From assembly GCA_012295275.1 (NCBI GenBank), contig CM022679.1, positions 15,748,001-15,812,000 on the forward strand: a stretch of 64,000 nt of DNA. The letters run 5' to 3'. Each line of letters opens with the position of its first letter. Position 1 is the first letter of the stretch. Positions 26,475 to 38,692 of this stretch are shown here, piece by piece. This stretch comes from Chrysomallon squamiferum. Its lineage: Eukaryota; Animalia; Mollusca. The translations under genes and the position numbers were made by a program. Under the pieces are notes generated by a model. It worked only from the letters and a program-made list of their open reading frames with translations. It made no database searches and had not been told where the DNA came from.

Positions 26475-27262
26475 CTTAACAAAGTACATAAACAAAAACG
26501 TAAATAAATAAATAAATAAATAAATAATAATAAGAAGATTATAATAATAATAATTTAAAAAATAAAATAAGATAAAATAATTTAGACTTACGAAATTATT
26601 TTCGTAAACGAGTTATCTTTATTTTCAGTTTTGCTTGTTATTTTATTATTTTTAAAAATCTAAATTATTATTATCTTTGTGATTATTGTGTTGAATCGTA
26701 GTTTTACACCGACAGTTACCCTTGTAAAGAAAATTACTGTGATTTAAGTTGTCATTTGAATGCAATGAAAACACTCATCGGCTTCCTTTAACAACCTATA
26801 CTTTTACTGCAAAACATGCATGCATGTTATATTTTAAACCAAAAAACATTTGAAAAGCTCATCACTTTTTCTTTAACTGTTCTTGTTGCGTTGTTTTTCT
26901 TTCATGTTTCCTGTCTAACAAAAAAGGCTACGCGAACGACGATGCTTCTAATTGAAAATCAATGACATCGTTAGCTTTATGTTTCACAAGTGACGGCTAT
27001 CACTGTCGAGCACGGATTTCTGTTTGGTCCTGGGCTGGTTTCTAATTGGAAAATCAATGTTGAAGTTAGACCTTTTCTTTTTCTTTATTGGCCCAGGTAA
27101 AATATATTATATTGACAAGTGAGGTTAGCGTGTTTGTTTCCTATGGGATTGTTTTTGCTCAGTCGACAAGAATAGAATTGCACAACAAAGAAAAGAATTT
27201 AAAGAAAGGCAGAGCGACGTTCGTATAATCATTTGAAAAGGTGTGTAAGATAATTAAATTGC

Positions 27263-27294
<32 letters not shown>

Positions 27295-28341
27295 TGAAAT
27301 CATTCATTGAACTTCTTTTATTTTAATATTTTAAATATTTATTTATTTTGTCCTTATTAAACCATTTTAAATAATATTTACCGTAGATTCTTTGGACGGG
27401 GTTATGTAGATAATAATATATTTACTTGATAAATGTAACTTGTTAGAAGAAATGAAATTGTTTGTATTTAAGTATTAATTTTGTCTGAAGTCTAATAGTT
27501 CGTTTGGATCTTTTAAGAGAATAACTGATTACGTTGATGATGATGATGATGATTATGATGATGATGATGATAATGATAAACCTCCATCCGATATTTTTTA
27601 TTCAAAAATGAGAATAAAATCAGAAAGCTAAAACAATTTCCAGAATGGAAAAATAAAATAAAAATAATAATAATAGTAGTAGTAGTAGTAATAGAAAATA
27701 AAAATGAAAAAATAAATAAGACAAACAAACAGATAAATAAATAAATAAATAATATTGCATATTGCACCAGTTTTGAACGATAATAATACCCTTTCATTCT
27801 TTTGCTCTTTTACCAGAGTTTTATTCCATATTTGTTTTTTCATTTTCTCGGAAATAATTTATTTTTATTGATGTCTGTTAAGTATAATAATATTACAGAG
27901 CAATCCAACATTCTTATTAACGTTTTACTTAATACAAAAAGGTTAGCACAAAAAAAATAGAGTGGAAAGAAACAGAAAAGAAAATAGAAAAAATCTAAAT
28001 CAAAGAAAAGTGATACTTAACCGAAAAAAACTGGAAACAAAATAAATGTCTTAATAAATTTCACTTTCATTCTGTTTAAAAGATATATAACAAGATAAAA
28101 AGAAAATAAATTTAAAAAGGGACTGAAAAGAAGAAGTAGGAGAGAAACAAATGGGCAAAAAGTACAGAACTCAAATAAAAACGCTGTTATTATAATAAAA
28201 ACAAATATAACTTAATAATGAACTATTCTGTTGAATAACAAAATGAATATATATCTTGTTTAATTTCATTTATACCGTACCTCTTTCTATATATGAGAAA
28301 GAGTAAATAAAATAAACAACAAATCCACTTGTTATTTTAGC

Positions 28342-28390
<49 letters not shown>

Positions 28391-28533
28391 TATCACAAAT
28401 GAACTTATAAAAACCTAAAGGACTAATAAATATATAAATAAACATACGTAGCAAAACAAAACAAAAGAAATATAACCGCAGAGTGCAACTCTAAGGCAAA
28501 CTAAAGATGTAAATGAAACAATCTACTACGAAC

Positions 28534-28709
28534 TTGTATTCTGGCTTCTGGCAAGTTGGTCATCATAGCCAGACGTTCCCTCATTACAACATCCGGGTAG
28601 TGGGTTTTTGAAAAGGTTTTCTCCAGAGCGGCTAGCTGCTGATTCGTGAATGCGGTCCTGCTCCTTCTCTGCTTCCGGTGTACGCCATATCTCGCTTCAA
28701 GAATAATAT
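28534..28709 (-). CDS. Dmbx: Dmbx coding exon 2: [59 protein letters not shown] (homeodomain residues 1-46)
   Basis: Translated by hand; absent from the ORF track. Acceptor tttatttacag, donor CAA|gttcgt. The DIILEARYG motif and [15 protein letters not shown] are diagnostic for the Dmbx family. The intron falls at the canonical PRD-class Q|VWF position. Confidence 0.97.
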
Positions 28710-30457
28710 CTGTAAATAAAATATAAAAACAAAATAATAATAATAATAATAATCATGATGATAATAAAATATTTTAAAATAATTAAATTTAATAATGATA
28801 GTAATAGTAAAAGTAATAGCTGTTGTTTTAGTAGTTGCTGTAAAGGTAATTATTGTTGCAATTGTTGTAGAAGTTTACGATAGGTTAATTTCTCTAATTT
28901 AATCCTACCGTCTTATAAGTATATATTACGTACATAAAAGACATGTAATTACATTTGACAAGTGGAGTGTATAGAGGATATACAATTAAATATTTTGAGA
29001 GCCAGTGTACAATGCATTTTAAGAAATTTTCCTGATTTTTTTCTTCTATTTCCAACAGATAACAATGGTAATATTTTAAACAAGTTTGGTTTAGTTCATT
29101 GGTATTGCTTTATATAAGCTGAGCATTATGTTTAAAAATAAATGTCCAAAGTAAGGGATGTTCATCTTCTGTATATTATTTTCGTTAAACATTTGACATT
29201 TTTCTTTGCAATCTTTTTGTGTATCTACCTTTTCTCCACATTACTATAAAATCACTAAGAATGAAACACACATGTTTCAGGTTTTTAACATCCACTGAAT
29301 ATTCCTCACGCTGAGTCAATGTTGTAGCATTATAGGCCAATAACGAATTGCCTTTTTATTATATTATTGAACACAGCCTTATTTTTATAAATTAATCCAA
29401 ACTATACATATATATATATATATATATCATCATTATCATTGTTATTATTACTATACTAAAACTGATTGATCACAAAGAAACTGTTGTATGTGTAATGTGG
29501 ATAACGCTGAAGATGAATTTCATTTTATTTTAATATGTCCACTGTGTCTGTGCATTCGCCTATTGTATACAAAAATACTACTGGTTAAGATCGTCTGTTT
29601 CTAAATTAATACAATTGCTGATTGTTCATAACGGAAAACGACTTTGTAACGTTGGAATGTATTTAAAATATGCATTACATTTAAAATAGCAACATATAAA
29701 CACTACTACTATAATTATTGCTCTTGTGGAAAGAGTTGTTATGGTTCGTGTCATTATCGTTATTACTATTGTTTTTAATAATAATAATAATAATAGTAAT
29801 AGTAGTAGTAGTAGTAGTAGTTGTTGTTGTAGAAGTAGTAATAGTAATAATGATAATGATAATTTTATTATGTCTTTGACCGTACAACACTAATATAATA
29901 ATTATTAGGCTTTTTTTTTTAAAATTATTCTTATCAGATTTCTTAGCTACGCCAAAAAGGATTGCATATATACAAACAGTAAAATACTATGATAACGATT
30001 ATAGCATTTATATAATTTAACTATAGTCACTCAAAGTCATAAGTCATTTAAATTACATCTAAGCTACCTTATAAATTGCTTCATAGTCAAAATAAGGAGA
30101 GGTAGTCATTCATATTTAAAAAAATAATAAATAAATAAATAAATCACCTTTAGTAATATTCAAAAATATGTGTGTGTATGTGTGTGTTTGTGTGTGTGAG
30201 GAATTTAAATAGATGCTAAGTATTCTTGTTTGTATAAAGACAAAAATCAGAAATGTTTCCAATGTAATATTTATAGAATTTTTACATAATGACTTAATTA
30301 AAATGTTGATTTAACTACACATTTTAGAAATTAATTACCTTTCTTTCTGTTATAGGAAATGATATGTTTTGTGTGTACCTTAGTGTATACACTGAGTCAT
30401 GTGAACAGAGTTTGAGTAAAAACCAGTCTGCTGAGAATAATCTATAATTATATTTAC

Positions 30458-30572
30458 CTGGAAACTGACTTCCCATGTACAGTGGCTGGTGCAGACCCAT
30501 CTGACCCCCGGGGATTCCAAACATGGCAGGGGGAGGCTGGAAGTGTAGACCAAACGTTCCGTAATTCTGCAT
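30458..30572 (-). CDS. Dmbx: Dmbx homeobox gene, first coding exon (MQNYGTFGLHFQPPPAMFGIPGGQMGLHQPLYMGSQFP)
   Basis: Acceptor ttgtattcag ends at 30577, ATG at 30572, phase-1 donor CAG|gtaaat after 30458. MQNYG resembles the MQHYG start of vertebrate DMBX1. The terminal G joins AT of the next exon to give Asp of DIILEARYG. Confidence 0.85.
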
Positions 30573-30604
30573 GCTTCTGAATACAATTAATATAAAAAAA
30601 TATT

Positions 30605-30635
<31 letters not shown>

Positions 30636-32571
30636 TAATAATAATAATAATTGTTTCCTGAAATTCGCTTTTGCTAAAGCAGAATATTTATAGAATTATA
30701 ACCAGTAATGATAAGAAAAAATATAAATGAAATGAATAGATTTAATTTCCGAAAGAAAAGAAATGTCTAATATTTCCATGATGCTTCTGTTAGAACGAAA
30801 ATAAAATCAGATGTTAATTGAGTTTTTAATTTGAAAAAAAAAAAACATCCATTAATAATATAATCATGCATACACGAAACAAATAGTGAATATATAATTA
30901 ATGTGATTTTAAAAAGTGAACAAAGAAGTAAAGTTTGAAATATGTGTTTGGCATTATTAATATTATAATAGTGTAATTCTACATCAAAGAAAATAATTAC
31001 TAAATTAACGTCTGAAGTTCTGAAAAAAACTGTAAACTGTTGAAAAAAAGATGACATTAGTATCTTGTGTTATAATAGTTCAGAAATAACATTTAATGTC
31101 ATTTGTTATAATGAAGCTGTGAAATGTTGGTTATCTGAATCGAAATGTAGAAATGAAATTAATGCCAGAAAAAGTTAGAATTCAAAAATAATAAATTAAT
31201 TTTAATATTAGAACAGAGCTATAAAATGTTGGTATTAATACAAAACACGTCAGAAAGATTTCTGCGTATTATTAGAATACAAAAATAAAAATTAATGGAA
31301 TTCAAGTACCATCTGATATTATATGAGTTTTAAGATACATTTTAAAACTAATGTAAAATGATATTACACGTCGGAATTCTACATGATAGAAATACATTAT
31401 ATTCCAAGAGTTCTGAACTACAAGTTAATATCAATAATAGTTAACATAATTCTACATAACTGAAACTCTGAAATGAAATTAATATCTTATACTGTAATGT
31501 TTTAAACAAAAAATTAAAGTCAGTAATAAACTAATATAATACGACATAATTAAAATGAAAGTTTGTAAAATTTTTTTTTAAATCCGAGAGAACAAAATGC
31601 CCGATAATTACAGCACGTAATTTTCTACAACTCTTTAAAATTAATTTCTAGTTTTATTAGGGTCGAGAAATAAAACTTCAATGTCAAATATTATAATACT
31701 CTGTTCATACATGTGAAGAATCAAACCAATGTATATGATTTTGTATAATACCAAAGTTAATCAAATTATTTTCAAGAGAAACGTCGAGAAATTCTGCAGT
31801 GCCTGCTGTAAAAAGAATATCCATGTCTTATCTTTAACAGTTTCTTAATGAATTTGTTTTCCTTTTTATAGAATCATTTACAGATCTAAAAAGAAAACCA
31901 CAGATTTAATAGTAAGAATAAAGGTTTGTTATACAATGAAAAATACCTTGGTCCATAACAATGTGATTTATAGAAATTAATCAACTTTTTAAAAATAGAA
32001 AAGTATTTGCTTATCTATTATAATGTGAAATACAGAATTAAAGTTAAATCTTTTTGAAATGGTTTTATAGATCGTTACATAAAATCTTTGCCGTGACTTT
32101 GGCAATATGATTTCAAATTAAAAGTATCTCATTATATACAAAAATTAATGTTGCATTCATTGTATTATGATCTGCAGGAGGAAAAAAAACTGAAAGGCTG
32201 TTATTTTTTTCTATAGAATAATAGTACAAACCGAAAAAAAAGAGACACTCGTATATTTATAACAGTAGGAACAACAACTAACCTTATAGAAGTAAAACGT
32301 TATTCCACGTATAGAAAATAGCTTTCAAAAATTAATTAACAGCGTTAGCTTTATTGTAGGAAAAAAATAACACATGTATGTATCTCTGATACTATCTCTG
32401 AAATTAAATTAATTTAATCTGTTTAGTGAGGTTCAGTTAAGTGCTGCCTGAGTGTGGAAATTAAGCAAAACAAAAACAGAAGTAATTATTAAACTTTAAT
32501 AGTAATTAACTTTAGGTTTTCATGTTCAGATAACGCATGTATGTAGAAATTGAAACATTCATTTATCTACT

Positions 32572-32752
32572 TGTTTGTTTGTTTGTTTGTTTGTTTGTTT
32601 GTTTGTTTGTTTGTTTGTTTGTTTATTTATTTGTTTGTTTGTTTGTTTGTTGGTTGGTTGGTTTATTTATTTATTTTATTTTATTTTATTTTATTTCATT
32701 TTATTTTATTTTATTTTATTTTATTTTATTTTATTTTATTTTATTTTATTTT
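32572..32752. repeat. (GTTT)n followed by (TTTTA)n microsatellite in Dmbx intron 1
   Basis: Directly visible. Confidence 0.9.
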
Positions 32753-34067
32753 AGTTCATTTCATTATATTTTATTTTAGTTCATTTCATTATTGTTTTAT
32801 TTTATCTAATTAATAAATTAATTTTTTTTTTTTTTTTTATCTGAGTGTTTGTCTACCCATTTGTTTATTTGTTTGTTTTGTTTTCATTTAATTTAATAAT
32901 TTCCTTTGATATATTAAATACTAAAAAATCTGATGAAAAAGTATGATTAGTAAAAAAGATTATAATTTCAGTACGTAAAATTTTTTTGATAAATATATTA
33001 AAATAAATAAACTGAAAATGTTGAAGAGACTTAAAAATTGCGGAAGAATAATTTAAAAAAAGAAAAGAAAGAAACAGACAAACAAGATATATATATATAT
33101 AGATAGATATAGATATATATGATTTTACATTCATAAATTACATAAAACATTTAATATAAGGATTTTTATTTATTCTTACATATTTTAACTTTCATCTTTA
33201 TGACATAATAAAAATAAAAGTATCTAGTATATCTAACTAAACTACTTACTAATTTAACCAGCGTTATCATTTCTTTAAAGATAAATAATCATATTATTAT
33301 TACACCGAATTAGTGAAGTATCAAAACAAACATGCAACTTACAAGTATTATTCGATTTCACATAAAGCTAATTAAATTATCACACTTTGCAATTAAAAAA
33401 CCAAGTATAAACAACAAAATGTGCTGAACATTCTTTGAAGCCTTCTCATTATAAATGTTATAAAAATATTCGTAAAATTAATTTCCTCTTGATAACTGCA
33501 GTAATTAATCGGCTTAATGTGATGTCACTTAATAAAAACACAGCTAGTAGCTGTACCCAAAAACACGGTCACGCACTTGTTTCAAAGGTTACTTCAAAAA
33601 AGGTTTGTTAATCCTCGTTTTAATTATTATTATTACTATTATTATTATTATGTAAATTATTGTGAACTGTTTTTGAAATTGTTAGCAGTTTTGCCCACGC
33701 CATGCGTGTTTTAACATTTCTGTAATAGAATAAAACATAACTCTGAAAAGTTATCTTTACAAAAGTTCTGTCTTTTGTGCTCTTCGTGCATATTCGTTTT
33801 CTAATATGTAGTTTTAAACATTTAACTAAATACAACAAGGATGATCAGTTTAATAAATTTTGTTTAATACTAACTTTAATAATGTTATTTTCCCATGAGG
33901 AAGTAATTAACCGATTAAGTAATTAAGCAATATATTATTTTTTAAATAAACAATTTTATTTATTTAGTCATTAGAACTAATGAATATATGAATATCTATA
34001 ACAAAATATACAAGTATAAAAAAGTAATAATTATGACGATAATAATAACAACAACAACAACAACAAC

Positions 34068-34101
<34 letters not shown>

Positions 34102-34605
34102 TGAAAATAGTTATGATCTGTAAAAATTAATTAATGTGATGTTAAAAATGAAAATAAAAAGTATAAAAAAAAAAAAAAAATAAAAAAAAAAATAATTAAA
34201 ATGAGCCCAGATATTCTTAGATAATTTACTGTAAATAATAAACAAATGAAAAAAAAAAAAAAATAAATAAATAAAGAAGAAGAAGAAGAAGAAGAATAAG
34301 AAAATAAAAATAAATAAATAAATATTTAAATAAATAAATAAATAAATGAAAGCTAATTTATACCAAATTAATTTCATTACTCAGTGGCACAAAATTAACT
34401 GTGTGGGCTTCTCAGATACACATGAGAGTAAAACATCAAAATAGATTAGAAATAAATAACAGTAGAAATATAAATAAAAGAATGAATGAATGAATGAATG
34501 AATGAATGAATGAATGAATAAATAAATAAATAAATAAATAAAATTAACATTTTATCATTTTATGTTTCAAAATTTACCAAAACCATTTCCGCATTAAAAA
34601 CTTAC

Positions 34606-35125
34606 AGAAGAAGACGAATCTGTTCTGGACAAAATAACAGTACCTAGTACAACAATCCTCAGCTGCAGCAGCGACTACGTACGTCCTACAGCATGGACGG
34701 CAGCACGACAAATGACTCGCACTATTTGAGTAGGGACAACATGAACACATTCAGTTAGCCCGGTCGCTTGACTTTGGTCGAAACACCATGGTGTCACTTA
34801 CACTCTGCGCATGCCTGGAAGCTCGGAAAGTGGCTTGCAAGGGGAGATTTGCAAGGGTTTAGAATGTTTGCAACATGTCACTAGAGGAGAAGCAGAAGAT
34901 AATGGTTCTGAACACCTTTGTGTTCTTCACGTACTGGACAGGCTTAGCATCTCTGGACATGGGGGCCAAATGAGCGCGTTCGATTAGAAGACCAAGATGA
35001 GCGTGTCTTCCCGACCATCTTGCATAGTTCTATTGTGACCAACGAAGAACAATACAACTACAAAAAATAACCCGACCTCTTTCTTGTACGGTTTGTTCGG
35101 GGAGTTTGTCGTACAATGCTGGCGA
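34606..35125 (-). other. Dmbx: Probable non-coding first exon (5' UTR) of Dmbx
   Basis: GC-richer island ending in a consensus donor T|gtaagt at 34605. The ATG exon has an acceptor 4 nt before its ATG, implying an upstream exon. When spliced, an in-frame TAG (34646-34644) precedes the ATG. The 5' end is approximate. Confidence 0.55.
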
Positions 35126-35400
35126 TGGATTCCTATTAGACTTTAGAAGTGATCTTATAAGCGGTTCGTTGATCTGACGTTATGAGCGGGGATTAACGTT
35201 CAGAGCTGGTAATTACATAAAGACCAAGACGACCAGACTGAACGGATTTCTCGATTTAGATGTTAAAATAAAGAATGCCACGTCCATATCGGATTTCTGT
35301 TCATCTCAAATTAGAGCTATGCTCATCAAACAAACAAAAATTCCTGTCCAATGAAAAGAAACTCCAAGAGAGAAAACAAGAGTCGAAGAGACACTTCACA
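35126..35400 (-). promoter_or_regulatory. Candidate Dmbx core/proximal promoter
   Basis: TATAAG within the palindrome CTTATAAG at 35154-35161, roughly 30 nt upstream of the inferred start. K50-type site GGATTA at 35190-35195 and TAATTA at 35210-35215. Confidence 0.4.
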
Positions 35401-35682
35401 GCATATTAAATTCACTGTATTTTTAAATTTAGTCTAATCATCTAAAGTTATCAGAAGAAAACTGTCCACAATACCAAATGTGTCCTGAGCCATGATAAAA
35501 TGTATGCATTACTAAGTCAAGAAGACAATTTGAATTTAATTTAATTGTCCAGTATCGCATAAAATTAAATACATTTAAAAGAAAATTCCTAAGCAATATA
35601 ACATTTATTAACTGTTCATATATCTTTTCATTTTCAAAACATATATGTGTATGTATGTGTGCTGTGTGTGTGTATGTATGTA

Positions 35683-35758
<76 letters not shown>

Positions 35759-36045
35759 TAACATACACATAATGACACATCATAATTATGTAAAATAGCA
35801 GTTTTGTTTTTATCTAATTTCCATCTTATTGAAAGAAATAACAAAAGGTATATGCAAATGTATGTATATATATCAAAATAAAGATATGGTAATCTGATAA
35901 ACAATAGAGCATTATTTCAAACAGTACATTATTTCTTCAGCTGTTATGTATTTGTTCTCTCTGTGGCTTTGTATTTCTTTTTCTTATTTTTTTCTTCTTA
36001 TTTTTATATTTTATTAGTTATTGTTTTTGTTGTTGGTTTTTTCTT

Positions 36046-36076
<31 letters not shown>

Positions 36077-36417
36077 TACTACTACTATTATTAATAATAT
36101 TGTTGTTGCTGCTATTATTGTTATTTTATTATTATTATTATTGTTATCATTGTTCTTATCATCATCACTATCATTATTAATATTATTATTTGGTTGTTTA
36201 GCTTCCAGCAGTAACATTTATTTTTATGTTTTCTGTTAATTAAGTCAGTAATTAGGCTTTTAATTAAGTCTGTGCGACATCGTTAATATAATATATGAGT
36301 TTACAACCTAAAATCATTATAAAATCTGAGAAGAATAAAATTTAAAAAAGTTTAATAATTATTATATTAGTGTTGTACCGTAAAAACATAATAATATTAT
36401 TTTAATTTTATTAATAT

Positions 36418-36484
<67 letters not shown>

Positions 36485-36723
36485 AGAAGAAGAAGAAGAA
36501 GAAGAAAAAACAAAAACAAAAACAATAACTAATAAAATATAAGAAGAAGAAAAAAAAGAAGAAAAAGAAATACAAGCCATATAGAGAACAAAAAAATGTT
36601 TTATCTTCATAGACTATCAACAAAGAATAAAAAAATAATTAAATCTCTAAATAAATAAACAAATAAAAAAAACAAACAAACAAATAAATGGTGACTAAGA
36701 AACCATTGAACTTCGTTCAAGAT

Positions 36724-36757
<34 letters not shown>

Positions 36758-37111
36758 TATTATTATTATTATTATTATACTTCGATCTGTCAAAAGAAAC
36801 AAAAATGAGAAATGCAGTTCATTCCTGTAATCTTTGGGAATCAAAAAATTTAACTGGGATTAAACTGATCATGTTTCACAAATTAATAATACATTTTTGA
36901 GTTTCATTATATCTGCAGAAATATCTTAGGTGATATATATTTTAGATATTTTTAATTTAAAGGACGAACAACGAATTCAGAAACGAGAGAGAAAGAGACC
37001 ATTAGTATTGCTGTTGTTGTTGTTTTTCCTGTTGTTATTGTTAAAGGAATAAATGATTAATATTATCAGAATTTCTGAATTCCAAATGATACCCGCAACA
37101 ACAATTTTTAT

Positions 37112-37163
<52 letters not shown>

Positions 37164-37249
37164 TATTTATATTATAATAAATGAATGGTACTCAGAATTA
37201 AGAGACACTTTGAAAAAAAAATTAAATATTAAATAAACGAGTTTACTGG

Positions 37250-38545
37250 GTGCAGAATGTAAACGCGTACACATAGTATATGATACCACACTTTGGTCAT
37301 GATCTTATCTTTAGAAAGCTTTCTTCGATTACAATCGCGAAGGCCTAATTGGCCGACAGCAAACATGTGGGTAACACAAAGATAAAGCTACCCTCACGGC
37401 AGCTTATATCTTGTATCGGAGATCGTCACCTATTTCACCGACACCAAACGAAAATGATTTCGAACGGACGTGACGGAACAAAATGACATTTAACTCGTCT
37501 TAAGCGGTATTTCTGCGGTGTAATCTATTTGGAAAAGGTGTTAATAACATTCTAACACAAGTTTCGGCCTTCTTCCATTATGGAGTCGAACCGTTCATGT
37601 ACCCGGTGCCACAGAACACGAATTCTTCAGCGCTTTGGTGGGAGAAAAAAAAACGTCGTATATTACGTGCCTCGTTTCAAAGTTCTTTGATTATGATTAA
37701 AACCGTCTAATATTTCGTCTTTATAACCCGCGACTCTTACAGCCTGGTTTTCGAGCACCCCATCCCTCAGAGGTCACGTGATCTCCGATACCCGACCACA
37801 CCCACATCGCTTCGTTTTATATCGCGGCAGCAGCGATGGTATCGGGTTTCATGAACGTGCATGCGTACTTCTGAAAAATCAAGAAAAAGAAAACTGGGGG
37901 TTTCGTGGGAAGACGTTAATGAGAAAGAGCCAGTCTGATTTCGAGACATAACTATGTGCAGGCGAATGGAGTTTTGGCACTGGGCGATTAGAGACGCGGA
38001 ATTCGCTTGGCTTTGGTCCCTGCTTGACAACAGCCTTGCCTGTCCTCGTTAATAGCGATACCCACTTTGAAGCCGGATTCAGTTTCTGGTCGCGATTATC
38101 TTCTCTTTGTACGTATATTATGAAAAGAAAAGCTGTAAGTACGGATAAATCTCACGACAGAATTGATTATTCAGACCTCTGGGAGGCGGCAACATGATTT
38201 GCACGTGTTTTTAACACAATTGCATGCACGTGCCGCGTCCAGCTCGTTGTGCATCAGTTGGGCGGATTAGCATCTGTAAACAGAGTAATGGAAAGTGACA
38301 GAAACCATTGTTGTTCAGGTTATACGTACGAACAAAGAGCGGCATATCAGTCAAACATTGGGAGTACATCAGAAAGAAAGAACTTCGATTTAACGTCCAT
38401 GTCAAAAGTAGTGTAGAACATCCCCGAACTCAGTGTAGCAAAACGCCACCATGCCCTTGAGATTGTCCGCCGTCTTAACTTCTGATGATGACATTGGTTA
38501 CGACTAAAAATTTCAAAAGTCTCATATCTCAACCGAAACACGAAG
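37250..38545. promoter_or_regulatory. CpG-retaining non-coding island about 2-3.4 kb upstream of Dmbx (candidate enhancer)
   Basis: Complex GC-richer sequence with many CpGs, free of microsatellites, with no credible ORF. Confidence 0.4.
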
Positions 38546-38546
<1 letters not shown>

Positions 38547-38643
<97 letters not shown>

Positions 38644-38647
38644 TTTA

Positions 38648-38690
<43 letters not shown>
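38547..38690. repeat. Abutting (AAT)n and (ATT)n arrays in opposite orientation
   Basis: (AAT)n at 38547-38600 switches directly to (TAT)n from 38601. Confidence 0.9.

Positions 38691-38692
<2 letters not shown>

Noticed and set aside
29229-29243. Possible 15-nt phase 1-1 microexon (VMWRK) before DIILEARYG
   Set aside because: The splice signals are weak and the peptide has no similarity to Dmbx; such AG..GT pairs are expected by chance.
37972-38030. TTTGGCACTGG, resembling the miR-96/263 seed
   Set aside because: The flanks do not form a convincing pre-miRNA hairpin and the 3' part does not match the family.
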